A stretch of DNA of 64,000 bases. Source: an uncultured delta proteobacterium (GTDB lineage: Bacteria; Desulfobacterota; Binatia; Binatales; Binataceae). The notes beneath the pieces are model-generated. The model was not told where the DNA came from, did no database searches, and was given only the letters and a program-made list of their open reading frames with translations. Each line of letters starts with the position of its first letter. Within the stretch, counting starts at the first letter, position 1. The stretch covers positions 576,001 through 640,000 of the forward strand of contig CAWJET010000002.1 in NCBI GenBank assembly GCA_963842085.1. Direction: 5' to 3'. This document shows, in pieces, positions 18,222 through 27,607 of this stretch. The translations under genes and the position numbers were made by a program.

Positions 18222-18620
18222 CTATTGATATGGATTCACCGGCTGCGGCTGCGGATACCCATTCATCTGCGGTGCCTGTTGCGCATCGCCTGGATCGGTG
18301 TCGGGCGCGTCCGCCTGCGGCACAGTGGCCTGATCGTTGCCGGCCGCATTTTGATCGGTCTGGTTGCCGTCGGCGTTCTGATTCTGGTCGGCACTATTGT
18401 TGGAATCGCTGTCGCTGTCGCTGCTGTTATCGTTGTCGTTATCGCTGTCGGTAGTGCCGACGCTCGGCTGATCCTCCTGGGCGACGACCGTGCCGCGCGG
18501 CGACGCTTGCGCCTGGCGGGTCGTCGGCGCCCGATTCGCAGTGTCGCGAGTCGAAGCGCACGCCATCGGCGGCGCAACTATCAGAAGAAACGCGGCTGTC
18601 AGGCTGACTTTTGAGAACAT
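18222..18620 (-). CDS. Secreted low-complexity D/N/Q-rich hypothetical protein
   Basis: Signal-peptide-like N-terminus, GGAG RBS, DSDNDNDNSSDSDS tract. Confidence 0.65.
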   Translation of the reverse strand: MFSKVSLTAAFLLIVAPPMACASTRDTANRAPTTRQAQASPRGTVVAQEDQPSVGTTDSDNDNDNSSDSDSDSNNSADQNQNADGNQTDQNAAGNDQATVPQADAPDTDPGDAQQAPQMNGYPQPQPVNPYQ

Positions 18621-18673
18621 ACTAATCTCCGTTCACTGCGCTCGACCGCACGGCGTCGTTGCGCACGGCTGGA

Positions 18674-19510
18674 TTATAGAACTGCCGCGCGTACCCGCGC
18701 CATTCTTTCCGCCAGCGATTTGAGTCCCCCCACCATGTGAACGCCGTACCAATGCAGGTCGCGGCCGCTGACCAGCAGCACGCGGCGGCTGAGCGCGGGC
18801 GGCAGCATGGTCTTCAACTCGGCGACGTCGGACTCGTCGAATTCATAGGGCTCGTCGGGAAGTATAACGATATCAGGGCGGCGTTCGAGCGCCTCTTCGA
18901 GCGTCGTCATGGGATAGCGCTCACCCACTGACGCAAAAATATTGTTGTAGCCGAGCATCCGCAGCACGTCATGCGCATAGGTGTCGGCGTTGAACGACAT
19001 CCACGGGTTCTTCCATATCGGGCAGAAAACGCGGAGCCGCAGTTTGCTCCATACCCCGAGCGCCGCCTCGATTCCGCTCACGCTGAGCGTTATCTCCTTG
19101 GCCAGCGCGGCGGCAGCCGGCTCGCGCCCGAGCACGCGGCCCATCCGTAAGATCGATTCGACCGCGCCCGGCACCGTGCGCGGATAGGTCGTAAACACCG
19201 GGATCCCCGCCGCGCGCAGCCGTTCCACGTCCTCGCGCCGGTTCTCCTCGGCGTTCGCGATCACCAGCTCGGGTTCGAGCTTGACGATTGCGCGAATGTC
19301 GGGGTTCTTGGTCCCGCCAACTTTTGGAATCGACGCTACCGCCGCAACCGGTTCGACGCAGAATTTCGTCACGCCCACGACCTCGGAATTGAAGCCCAGC
19401 GCGAACAGGGTCTCCGTCCAGCTCGGCACCAACGACACAATCCGCGCCGGCGGCCGCTCGAGCTCGACGCGAAAGCCCATGTCGTCGGGTATTTGCATCG
19501 AGGCCGCCAT
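18674..19510 (-). CDS. Helical-backbone metal/cobalamin-binding protein (BtuF-like)
   Basis: RIVSLVPSWTETL, GVTKFC, GGTKNPD, EENRRED, PDEPY. Confidence 0.85.
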   Translation of the reverse strand: MAASMQIPDDMGFRVELERPPARIVSLVPSWTETLFALGFNSEVVGVTKFCVEPVAAVASIPKVGGTKNPDIRAIVKLEPELVIANAEENRREDVERLRAAGIPVFTTYPRTVPGAVESILRMGRVLGREPAAAALAKEITLSVSGIEAALGVWSKLRLRVFCPIWKNPWMSFNADTYAHDVLRMLGYNNIFASVGERYPMTTLEEALERRPDIVILPDEPYEFDESDVAELKTMLPPALSRRVLLVSGRDLHWYGVHMVGGLKSLAERMARVRAAVL

Positions 19511-19521
19511 CTAAGCGTTGG

Positions 19522-19911
19522 TCACTTGGCCTTGCCCTTGATGATCGCGTCCAGCTCGCCGCGATCGCTGGGCGTCAGTTGCTCTGAGCCGGATTGCGCG
19601 CCGGCATTTGATTTCGCATTCGCCGCAGACGAGTCATTCGCCCCGCCCTGCCCTTCGGTTGCAGCAGGAGGATTTGCTTCTTTCATCGGTTGCGACTGAT
19701 CGGGTGGCCGATATGCGAGGTAGTGGACCGCCGACGGGATCATGATTCGTTTCGCCAAAAATCCCAAAATCAGCGCCGCCAGCCCGGCCAGCGCGAGCAC
19801 TCCCAGCCGCCGCGTCCGCTTCTTTTTCGCCGGTCGTTTCGCCCTTGCGCGCTTTCGCGCCGGCGCCACTCGTGCTCGATCCGCCACCTGCTTCCTCTCC
19901 ACCGCGAGCAA
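19522..19911 (-). CDS. Hypothetical single-pass membrane protein
   Basis: Basic N-terminus, one TM helix, fills the gap between co-oriented genes; exact start uncertain. Confidence 0.6.
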   Translation of the reverse strand: MLAVERKQVADRARVAPARKRARAKRPAKKKRTRRLGVLALAGLAALILGFLAKRIMIPSAVHYLAYRPPDQSQPMKEANPPAATEGQGGANDSSAANAKSNAGAQSGSEQLTPSDRGELDAIIKGKAK

Positions 19912-19920
19912 CCTCAGATG

Positions 19921-21156
19921 CTATCGCACAGACTCACCTAATAGAACCGCGCGAGCCCATCGAGCGATGAGGCGTCGAGTCGGTACTTCGTCGAGGTGCC
20001 GCGCGCCGTTGTACCAATCCACGCCGATTTCCTGTGCGCGGCGGCTGATGCGCGCGAGCCGGAAGAAGAGCCTGTTGTGCGGACCGTAAAAGTGGCGTGC
20101 CGCAAACGCGAGCTTGCTCAGCTTCGCGCCCACCGCACCTTCATGCAGCGCGCGATCGTAAGCCTGCAGCGCGCCACGGTCGCCGTCCAGAAAATTGCGG
20201 ATTGCATTCGCCGCCAGCTTGCCGTGCTCGAACGCGCACGAGATTCCTTCGCCCATCAGCGGATCGACGCCAGCCGCATCGCCGGCGAGAATCACGCGTC
20301 CGCGAGTGTAGCGGTCCCTGGCGTCGAACCATCGAATCGGGAACGAATGCCATCGCTTCGCATGCCGCTTCAGCCCGTCGAGCGGAAGTTCGGGGAAGGC
20401 CGCGACGAGTTCCGCTATCATCCGCGATTGTTCGCCGCCGTTTTCAGCCAATTCGCGCGGGCGCTGATCGTAAATGCCTACATTAAGATGCGGTGCGTCG
20501 CCGATCAGGCATGGAAACGACCAGCTATAGCCGTTGATGCCCCCGCTCACGCAGCGGAAGTCGAACCTATAGCGTTTCTCGATAAATTCCGGTGCGCGCT
20601 CGGGATCGACCGCGATGTCCGTCATCAATGCGCGCCCGATCGTCTCCTTGCCAGCGCCAAATATGGCTCGACGGACCCGGCTGCCCGAGCCGTCGGCTCC
20701 GACGAGCACCTGGCTCTCGAACATGCCGCGCTCCGTGCTGACGCGCACACCGCCAGCGTCCTGAGCAACGTCGAGCACACGAGTGCGCTCGACTAGTTCG
20801 ACTCCGGCGTCGCGCGCGGCCCGTGCCAGCATCGCGTCGAACCGGTCGCGGCGAATCACGGTGCAGAGCACGTCGCCGACGCGCGACAAATCGACGCGGC
20901 CAGCGGGAGTCACGGCTTCACCGCGAATCACTTCGACAGCGGGAGCGTTCAGCACAATTCCAAGTTCGTCGAGCGCCAGGAGCGTTTTGGGAATCAGCCC
21001 GCCGGCGCATACTTTGAATCGCGGATGCGCTGATTTCTCGAGCGCGACGATTCGACTGGCCAGGCTGGGCCGATTCTTAACGAGAAAAAGCGCGGTCGCC
21101 AGTCCAGCGGGACCGGCGCCGGCAATTAACACGTCACATTTTCGCGGAGATTCCAT
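19921..21156 (-). CDS. FAD-dependent oxidoreductase, geranylgeranyl/menaquinone reductase family
   Basis: GAGPAG, HPRFKVCAGG, GADG, GYSWSFP, AGDAAGVDPLMGEGI. Confidence 0.87.
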   Translation of the reverse strand: MESPRKCDVLIAGAGPAGLATALFLVKNRPSLASRIVALEKSAHPRFKVCAGGLIPKTLLALDELGIVLNAPAVEVIRGEAVTPAGRVDLSRVGDVLCTVIRRDRFDAMLARAARDAGVELVERTRVLDVAQDAGGVRVSTERGMFESQVLVGADGSGSRVRRAIFGAGKETIGRALMTDIAVDPERAPEFIEKRYRFDFRCVSGGINGYSWSFPCLIGDAPHLNVGIYDQRPRELAENGGEQSRMIAELVAAFPELPLDGLKRHAKRWHSFPIRWFDARDRYTRGRVILAGDAAGVDPLMGEGISCAFEHGKLAANAIRNFLDGDRGALQAYDRALHEGAVGAKLSKLAFAARHFYGPHNRLFFRLARISRRAQEIGVDWYNGARHLDEVPTRRLIARWARAVLLGESVR

Positions 21157-21217
21157 CGCGCGCTTCCACGCCTAGCATCCGGGCTCACCGCGCGAAAGCA
21201 CCATGACGTCGAACTCC

Positions 21218-21258
21218 AAAAACAAGCGCGGCGCATCGACTTCCTCGATGCGCCGCGC
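21218..21258 (-). terminator. Rho-independent terminator downstream of degP
   Basis: Perfect 14-bp stem GCGCGGCGCATCGA/TCGATGCGCCGCGC with a 5-nt loop, followed by TTGTTTTT on the minus strand. Confidence 0.85.
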
Positions 21259-21286
21259 ATTGGCTATATGGTGGCTTATTTCCCGC

Positions 21287-22915
21287 TCAGTCCTGCGCCT
21301 CGCCCGCCGGCTTGATCACCGTGTACAGCGTCGCGCCGCCGCGTTGGACCAACAACAGCGCCGGCTTCTTGTTGGTCTGCGCTTCTTTTGCCTTGGCGAC
21401 GAAATCCGAAACCGCGGCGACCTTGTCGTGATTGATTTCGAGCACGACGTCGCCGGGCTCCAGGCCGGCCTCCGCCGAAGGGCTGTCCGGCGCGACCTTC
21501 TGAATCACCACGCCCTTGGTGCCCTCCAGATGGAACTGCTGCGCGATCTCCGGCGTGATGTCCCCGACCTGCATCCCCCAGTTGCCACCCGGCTCCTCGG
21601 ACTTGGCCGACGCCACCTGCGGCTCCTTGCGCTCGCCGATTGTCACATCGAGCGTCAGGTGCTTGCCGTTACGCACCACTTCGACCGGCACCGTCTTGTT
21701 GATCGGCGTCAGCGCGACCAGCGCCGGCAGCTCATGCTCGTCGTTGAGCGGATGACCGTTGAAGCTGAGCACGATATCGCCGCGCTCGATTCCCGCCTTG
21801 CCTGCCGGCCCGTCCTTGTCCGCACTGGCGACCAGCGCGCCTTCGGGCTTCGGCAATCCGAACGATTGCGCGAGGTCCGGCGTGACTTCCTGGATCTCCA
21901 CGCCGAGCCATCCGCGGATCACGCGCCCATGCGCCTTCAGCTGATCCATCACATTGCGCGCCATGTCGATTGGAATGGCGAAGCCGATGCCATTGTTGGC
22001 GCCGGTGCGGCTGTAGATCGCGGTGTTGATACCGATGACCTCGCCTTTCGTATTGATGAGCGGCCCGCCTGAGTTGCCTGGGTTAATCGACGCATCGGTC
22101 TGGATGAAGTCGTCGTAGTCGCCGCCGAGGATTCGGCCCTTGGCGCTGACGATTCCCGCGGTCACAGTCATGCCGACGTTGAACGGGTTGCCAATCGCGA
22201 TCACCCAGTCGCCGACGTCGGTGGAATTGGAATCGCCCAGTGGCGCAACCGGCAAGGCGTCCTTGGTGTCGATTTTGATCAACCCGAGATCGGTCTTGGC
22301 GTCCTTGCCGATTACCTTGGCGGTAAACTCCCGCTTGTCCTGCAGCGTAACGTGAATTTCCTCTGCGTTGCCGACCACGTGATTGTTGGTCAGGATGTAG
22401 CCGTCGGCTGACACGATCACGCCCGAGCCCAGCCCGTGCTGTTTGAATTCGTGCTGACCGCCCTGGCCGAAGTAGCGGCGGAGCTGGTCGAACGGATCTT
22501 GCGGCATCTGTCCGCCACCACTGTCGCCGCCGCCGCCGTTGTCATTATCGCCGCCGTTATCATCGCCGCCTTCGCCCGGCGCCATGAAAAACGGCATACC
22601 CGAAACTTTCACATCTTGAACGACGTTGACGCTGACCACCGCCGGGATGATTTTCTTTACCAGCGGCGCGAAGGTGGTAATTACTCCAACCTTTTCGTTC
22701 GGCTCAGGCGTATTTGGCGCCGCCGGCGCCACATGCACCCCCGGCACAGGAGGGGCAGGTAACAAGGGCGCCGGGGCAACCTGCGCTTGCTCTGCGGGTG
22801 GCGTCTTGGCAGCGCCGGAGTCGGAACTCCAGAACGGGAACGCGCCGACGCGCGCAAACGCAATAACCAGACCGATGAAAACGCCGCCGGCTACGGCGGC
22901 GATCTTCTTAAGCAT
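21287..22915 (-). CDS. degP: DegP/DegQ (HtrA) periplasmic serine protease with two PDZ domains
   Basis: GSGVIV, TNNHVV, DLGLIK, IQTDASINPGNSGGPL; RGWLGV PDZ; GGAGG RBS. Confidence 0.93.
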   Translation of the reverse strand: MLKKIAAVAGGVFIGLVIAFARVGAFPFWSSDSGAAKTPPAEQAQVAPAPLLPAPPVPGVHVAPAAPNTPEPNEKVGVITTFAPLVKKIIPAVVSVNVVQDVKVSGMPFFMAPGEGGDDNGGDNDNGGGGDSGGGQMPQDPFDQLRRYFGQGGQHEFKQHGLGSGVIVSADGYILTNNHVVGNAEEIHVTLQDKREFTAKVIGKDAKTDLGLIKIDTKDALPVAPLGDSNSTDVGDWVIAIGNPFNVGMTVTAGIVSAKGRILGGDYDDFIQTDASINPGNSGGPLINTKGEVIGINTAIYSRTGANNGIGFAIPIDMARNVMDQLKAHGRVIRGWLGVEIQEVTPDLAQSFGLPKPEGALVASADKDGPAGKAGIERGDIVLSFNGHPLNDEHELPALVALTPINKTVPVEVVRNGKHLTLDVTIGERKEPQVASAKSEEPGGNWGMQVGDITPEIAQQFHLEGTKGVVIQKVAPDSPSAEAGLEPGDVVLEINHDKVAAVSDFVAKAKEAQTNKKPALLLVQRGGATLYTVIKPAGEAQD

Positions 22916-23191
22916 GCATTCCTCCTGGAATGTGGCGAAACTCTTGCGTCATGAGGCCGGGCAAGTGGCGGATCATCTAGTTATCGGACGATAAATCTCG
23001 ACCGAAATTCAACTGCCCGCCTGACCACGTGCGGCCCGCGCCGCCGGGTCAAAGCCCTTTTCCACTAGTTCATCAAATCAAATTCCCAGTGAAAATAAAA
23101 CATTACCGTGACCGGTCCCGCTCCAGCACGTTCCGCTCGCAGCTTTCTGAGCTGGGCGCGATGCCCGCGCGCCGGTGGCGATAGCCCCGGC

Positions 23192-23653
23192 TCAGCCCTT
23201 CTGCATAGCCTTGATATCCTCGAGCAGCACCTTCTCGTGGCCCTGTGGATTCACTTTTTCATAAACCTTGCGCAGGACGCCCTTGGGATCGATCACGAAG
23301 CTGGTCCGGTTCCAGTACTTGGTCCCGTTATAGTCGGTCTGCCCGACGCCAGCCGCCTTGAGCAGCTCGGTGTTGGTATCCGCGAGCAGATCGATCGTGA
23401 ACGCAAACTTGTTGCAGAAGTTCTTGTGCGACGCGACGTCGTCCGCGCTGACGCCGACCACCTTGATTCCGGCCGCGTCGAAGTCAGCCTTGGTCGCCGT
23501 GAACGACTTCCCCTGGATTGTGCAGCCGGGAGTGTCGTCCTTGGGATAGACGTACACCACCAGCCATTTGCCGGCGAAATCGCCGAGCTTCATCTGCTTG
23601 CCGTCCTGGTTCGGCAAAGCGAAATTGACAAACGGTTTTCCTGTTTCGAGCAT
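23192..23653 (-). CDS. bcp: Peroxiredoxin (BCP/PrxQ)
   Basis: YPKDDTPGCT, GVSAD, RTSFVID; start set to ATG 23653. Confidence 0.92.
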   Translation of the reverse strand: MLETGKPFVNFALPNQDGKQMKLGDFAGKWLVVYVYPKDDTPGCTIQGKSFTATKADFDAAGIKVVGVSADDVASHKNFCNKFAFTIDLLADTNTELLKAAGVGQTDYNGTKYWNRTSFVIDPKGVLRKVYEKVNPQGHEKVLLEDIKAMQKG

Positions 23654-23750
23654 GATTCTTTTCCTTTCGTCGAAATACGACGGGTTTAATCGCGATGAAG
23701 GGCAGACCGAGTTATCTGCTCGACCAAGCCTAGCACGCACGCGCTCGTTG

Positions 23751-25319
23751 CTAGAACATGAAAGTGATCGGGCATGCCGCCGCGATCACGAATGCGAACC
23801 ACAGCGTTTCAAGCGTCGCGATCAGCGTCAGATTGCGCGACGCACTGTAGGCCGCCGCCGAGAATATTTCGAACATCACGAAATTCAGCACGATGATCGG
23901 CAGGATCAGCATCAGCACGAACGGCAGCACGCGCACGCTCACTCCCACCGCCATCAGAATCACGATCAGGATCCGCCCGAGCACCGCCCACATCGTCGAA
24001 ATCGCCGGTCCTCCACGCCGCACCAGCCACTCGAAACTCATCCAGAACGGAAACAGCAGAACCGTCGCCATCGTCATCACCATTAGCCGCTCGGGTGACA
24101 ATGCCAGGTAGTGGAACGCCGGCGACATCGCGACCAGGCACACGTACGCCACCGCGAAAGCTCCCGCTCCGGCGAGCATCGCGGCGCTCGCGCCGTCGCG
24201 GATACGCTGCCAATCCAGCAGGTGCCAGAGCGCGAGCACGCCCGCGATCATCAGCCCCGCGACCCCGAACCATGAAAGCTGGATGTCGCCGACCACCACC
24301 GGCACGAACGCTGCCGGGTTCCCAGCCGCAAGCGGCATCGCCGCAATCAGCGCGCCGCCCAGGATCAGTACTCCGAGCCATCCGCTCGGTCCGGGCCGCT
24401 CAGCAGCCCAGTTCGGCGCCATCGAGCCGCAGACCCTGCCCAGCGGTGCCAGCAGAATCACGAAAATCAGCAGCGCAAAGCCCGCCGTTGCCCGCCGCGG
24501 ATCCCTGAGCTCAATCGCTCCAGTGCGCGCGGTTCCAAACGTACTGTCGAGCCACTTTACGATCGTGCTCGCCGCCTGTGCCGAATAAAGGATCGTCAGG
24601 TGATCGACCCGCGGGATCTGGATCGCCTCGACCGCGTTGCCCTGAGTGAAGTCGCCGTAGGTCTTGCCGAGCTCGATTTGCGGCACGTCCGCCAGATGCG
24701 CCGCCAGCGCGGTTGACGTTTCCTGGATCATCTCGACCGGATCGTTCTGCGCAAAAATGAACAGCGCGTTCTTCGGCCGCTGTGGACCGAGCGTCCAGCC
24801 GCCGGAAATCATCACCGCGCCCTTGAGACCGGGATCGTGCGTCGCGTAATCGAGCGCCGCGCCCGCACCCATCGAATGCCCCATCACTACGATTCGCGAT
24901 CCATCAACAAGGTCGCTGCGGCGAAGATAATCGACGGCCTGCTTCACATCCTCGTGCAGGCTGCTGCTATCGGCTTCTCCGGCGCTGAACGCATTGCGAT
25001 TCTCGCCGTGTCCGTTGACGTCGATCGCCAGCACCGCGTAACCGTTTTCCGCCATCCGCCGCGCCAGTGTGCTCATCAGCCTGCGATCCGCCATGAAGCC
25101 GTGAATCAGCACGACCACCGGCGGACGCGCGGCCGCAGGTTTCGGAAATTGCGTATAGAACGGATTTCCCGGGCCCGGCATGTACATCGTCGCCGGCTCC
25201 TGCCCGGGCAGCACTACGAAAACATGCGGTGGGCCGCCGTTTTCCAAACGCACCAGCCGCGCGATCACCAGGATGAACACGACCAGCAAGCCGATCACGA
25301 TGATGCGAGCAGTTTTCAT
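23751..25319 (-). CDS. Alpha/beta hydrolase with N-terminal anchor and C-terminal multi-TM domain
   Basis: IHGF, GHSMG, DH; about 8 hydrophobic C-terminal segments. Confidence 0.85.
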   Translation of the reverse strand: MKTARIIVIGLLVVFILVIARLVRLENGGPPHVFVVLPGQEPATMYMPGPGNPFYTQFPKPAAARPPVVVLIHGFMADRRLMSTLARRMAENGYAVLAIDVNGHGENRNAFSAGEADSSSLHEDVKQAVDYLRRSDLVDGSRIVVMGHSMGAGAALDYATHDPGLKGAVMISGGWTLGPQRPKNALFIFAQNDPVEMIQETSTALAAHLADVPQIELGKTYGDFTQGNAVEAIQIPRVDHLTILYSAQAASTIVKWLDSTFGTARTGAIELRDPRRATAGFALLIFVILLAPLGRVCGSMAPNWAAERPGPSGWLGVLILGGALIAAMPLAAGNPAAFVPVVVGDIQLSWFGVAGLMIAGVLALWHLLDWQRIRDGASAAMLAGAGAFAVAYVCLVAMSPAFHYLALSPERLMVMTMATVLLFPFWMSFEWLVRRGGPAISTMWAVLGRILIVILMAVGVSVRVLPFVLMLILPIIVLNFVMFEIFSAAAYSASRNLTLIATLETLWFAFVIAAACPITFMF

Positions 25320-25523
25320 CTTGACTCCGATTTCAATTTTCCAGGCTAACCTACCGATTTGAGAAAGTGCTACAAAAACTCAGATGGATGCGGACTTTTA
25401 TGCTACTGGGCTGGTGCGGAGGAGTTGCTTCTGGTTGGTGGTACCGATGCTTGCTGCCGTTTTGCCGCTGCTCTTCCTCTTGCTGAAAATTGGCGTAGCG
25501 CAGGACGCTGAAGCGATGGCCGA

Positions 25524-26915
25524 ATGAGCTATCGCCGGCCGCTCGACGAAGGCGGCGCCGGACCAGCGCTGACGACCGAATCGTCGACGCCATCCGAGCT
25601 CACGCCGCCGCTCGGCATTTCGTGGCTCAATCGCGACCTGATCTGGCTGTTCGTGCTGCGTGTGCTGCGCAGCTTGTCGCAGGGCTACCTGGGGATCATC
25701 CTGCCGCTCTACCTGGTGGCCCTGGGCTACGGCGCCGAAGCGTTGGGCGTGTTGCTGGCAGTGTCAGCGGTGGAGGCGGCCGCCGTCTCAACCGTGATCG
25801 GAGTGCTGGCGGACCGCTTCGGGCGCAAACTGTTCCTGGTGGTAATATCGCTGCTGCTCGCGTTCGGCGCGTTCGGATTCAGCCTGGCGCACAGCTTCGT
25901 GTGGATCGTGGTATTCGCGGCGATTGGCTCGATCGGCCGCGGCGGAGCGCTGGCTGGCGGTGCATGGGGGCCGTTTTATCCCGCCGTGCAGGCGCTGGTG
26001 GCGGAGCACAGCTCGGACGAAAACCGGACCACCGTCTTCGGCGCCTTCTCATTCGTCGGCGTGATGGCCGGGGCGGCGGGTTCGGCGCTGGCGGCATTGC
26101 CGTCCCTGCTGCGGCATTTTACCGGGCTCGACGAGTTGATCGGTTACCGGATTTTGTTCGTGGCAACAGGCGTGCTCAACGTTGCGATGGCGCTGGCGGT
26201 CTTTCCGATCAACGAGAACCGCGCGCTCGAGCTTGAACTCGCCGATGAACTGGCGCGCCAACGGCAGCGCGAACGACGCGAACGCCCGCGCGAGGGCCTG
26301 ACGCTCGGGCTCTCGTCCAATTCATGGCGGCTGGTGACCCGCTTCATGATCACCAACGCGACCAACGGGCTCGCGATCGGGATGCTCGGGCCGATCGTGG
26401 TGTACTGGTTCTACCGCCGCTTCGGAGTGAATTCGGCGCAGTTGGCCGGGGTGTTCTTCGCGATGAACCTGGTTACCGCGATCCCCTACCTGATGGCGGG
26501 ACGGCTCGCGCTGTGGCTGGGTTCGGTGCGCTCGGTGGTTGCCACGCGCGCCGTCTCAAGCGTGCTGATGTTCGCGGTCGTGGTGATGCCGACCTTCGGT
26601 CTGGCAGCGCTGGTCTACGGCATCCGCGCCGTATTCAACGTGCTTTCGATCCCGGTGCGGCAATCCTACCTGATGGGTGTGATCGACCCGGCCGAGCGTT
26701 CGAGCGCATCAGGCTTTGCCAACTTCCCATCGCAAGTCACTTCGGCGTTGGGACCATACATGGCCGGCTACTTCATGGAGCATCTGATGCTATCGCTGCC
26801 GCTGGAGTTCGCGGCCGTGATGCAGGGTCTGAACACCGTGCTCTATTACCTGTTCTTTCGGAACGTCTTCCCGCCAGAGGAATTGGACGCCGCGGAAGCC
26901 CGCAAGAAAGAGTAG
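25524..26915 (+). CDS. MFS transporter
   Basis: GVLADRFGRK motif A; 12 TM pattern. Confidence 0.92.
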   Translation: MSYRRPLDEGGAGPALTTESSTPSELTPPLGISWLNRDLIWLFVLRVLRSLSQGYLGIILPLYLVALGYGAEALGVLLAVSAVEAAAVSTVIGVLADRFGRKLFLVVISLLLAFGAFGFSLAHSFVWIVVFAAIGSIGRGGALAGGAWGPFYPAVQALVAEHSSDENRTTVFGAFSFVGVMAGAAGSALAALPSLLRHFTGLDELIGYRILFVATGVLNVAMALAVFPINENRALELELADELARQRQRERRERPREGLTLGLSSNSWRLVTRFMITNATNGLAIGMLGPIVVYWFYRRFGVNSAQLAGVFFAMNLVTAIPYLMAGRLALWLGSVRSVVATRAVSSVLMFAVVVMPTFGLAALVYGIRAVFNVLSIPVRQSYLMGVIDPAERSSASGFANFPSQVTSALGPYMAGYFMEHLMLSLPLEFAAVMQGLNTVLYYLFFRNVFPPEELDAAEARKKE

Positions 26916-26949
26916 GCGCAGAGGTCCCGCCCGGATCTTTTCTGTCTCG

Positions 26950-26980
26950 TCTCCCGGCGAGGGAGAGAATAAGGTGAGGG
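26950..26980 (-). repeat. REP-like palindromic element (CCCTCACC...CTCTCCC-N-GGGAGA family)
   Basis: Reverse complement CCCTCACCTTATTCTCTCCCTCGCCGGGAGA; related copy at 32105-32141. Confidence 0.6.
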
Positions 26981-27091
26981 TCGCGCGTTTTTCGCGCGCG
27001 ATTCAAGATTCCCCCCCCGCTCCCAAATTGCCGCGCGGTCAGGGAGAGTATTGCTACACCTGTAGTGCTCCAGGGATGGCCCGGGAAATCG

Positions 27092-27589
27092 TCACGGTGA
27101 ATTCGCCGCGCGGCTTGCGCGAAGCTTCTCGACTTCCTCGACCGACACGTCGCGCTTGTGAGTCGCGATCATCCAGATATGCCCAAAGGGATCTGTCAAC
27201 GAACCAATCCTGTCGCCCCATTCCTTGTCCGCCACCGGCTCCATCGCTTTCGCGCCCGCCGCGATCGCGCGTTTGAACACGGCGTCCGAGTCCTCGACGT
27301 AAACATAAAAGTGCACCGGCGTGCCGCCCAGCGATTGCGGGCTGCGCGACCAGCCCTTCGCCACCCACTCTGCCGCGTGCTTCGAGCTGTCGTCCGATAA
27401 CCTTACGATCGAATCGCCGATCTTCAGCACAGCGTGAGTAACCTTACCGTCCGGCTCCGCTATCCGCTCCAGCTCGGTCGCGCCGAACACCTTGCGATAG
27501 AACTCGACCGCTCGCCCCGCGTTCTTGACACACAGGAACGGAGTTACGCTATGCCAACCGTCGGGAACCGCCTTCACCTTGCTCGCCAT
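27092..27589 (-). CDS. VOC/glyoxalase (PhnB-like) protein
   Basis: VPDGWHSVTPFL, AVEFYRKVFGA, WGDR...DPFGHIW. Confidence 0.9.
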   Translation of the reverse strand: MASKVKAVPDGWHSVTPFLCVKNAGRAVEFYRKVFGATELERIAEPDGKVTHAVLKIGDSIVRLSDDSSKHAAEWVAKGWSRSPQSLGGTPVHFYVYVEDSDAVFKRAIAAGAKAMEPVADKEWGDRIGSLTDPFGHIWMIATHKRDVSVEEVEKLRASRAANSP

Positions 27590-27607
27590 AATTTTTCTCC
27601 GCGTTGC

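Noticed and set aside
18380-18450. Short tandem GTCGCT/GTTATC repeats as a possible array
   Set aside because: Explained by the Asp/Ser/Asn low-complexity coding tract; no repeat-spacer structure
19500-19930. Cobalamin riboswitch upstream of the BtuF-like gene
   Set aside because: Region is coding; no B12-box visible
22933-22947. TGGCGAAACTCTTGC, a GG-N10-GC sigma-54-like site
   Set aside because: Points away from degP with no credible plus-strand gene downstream; weak match to TGGCAC
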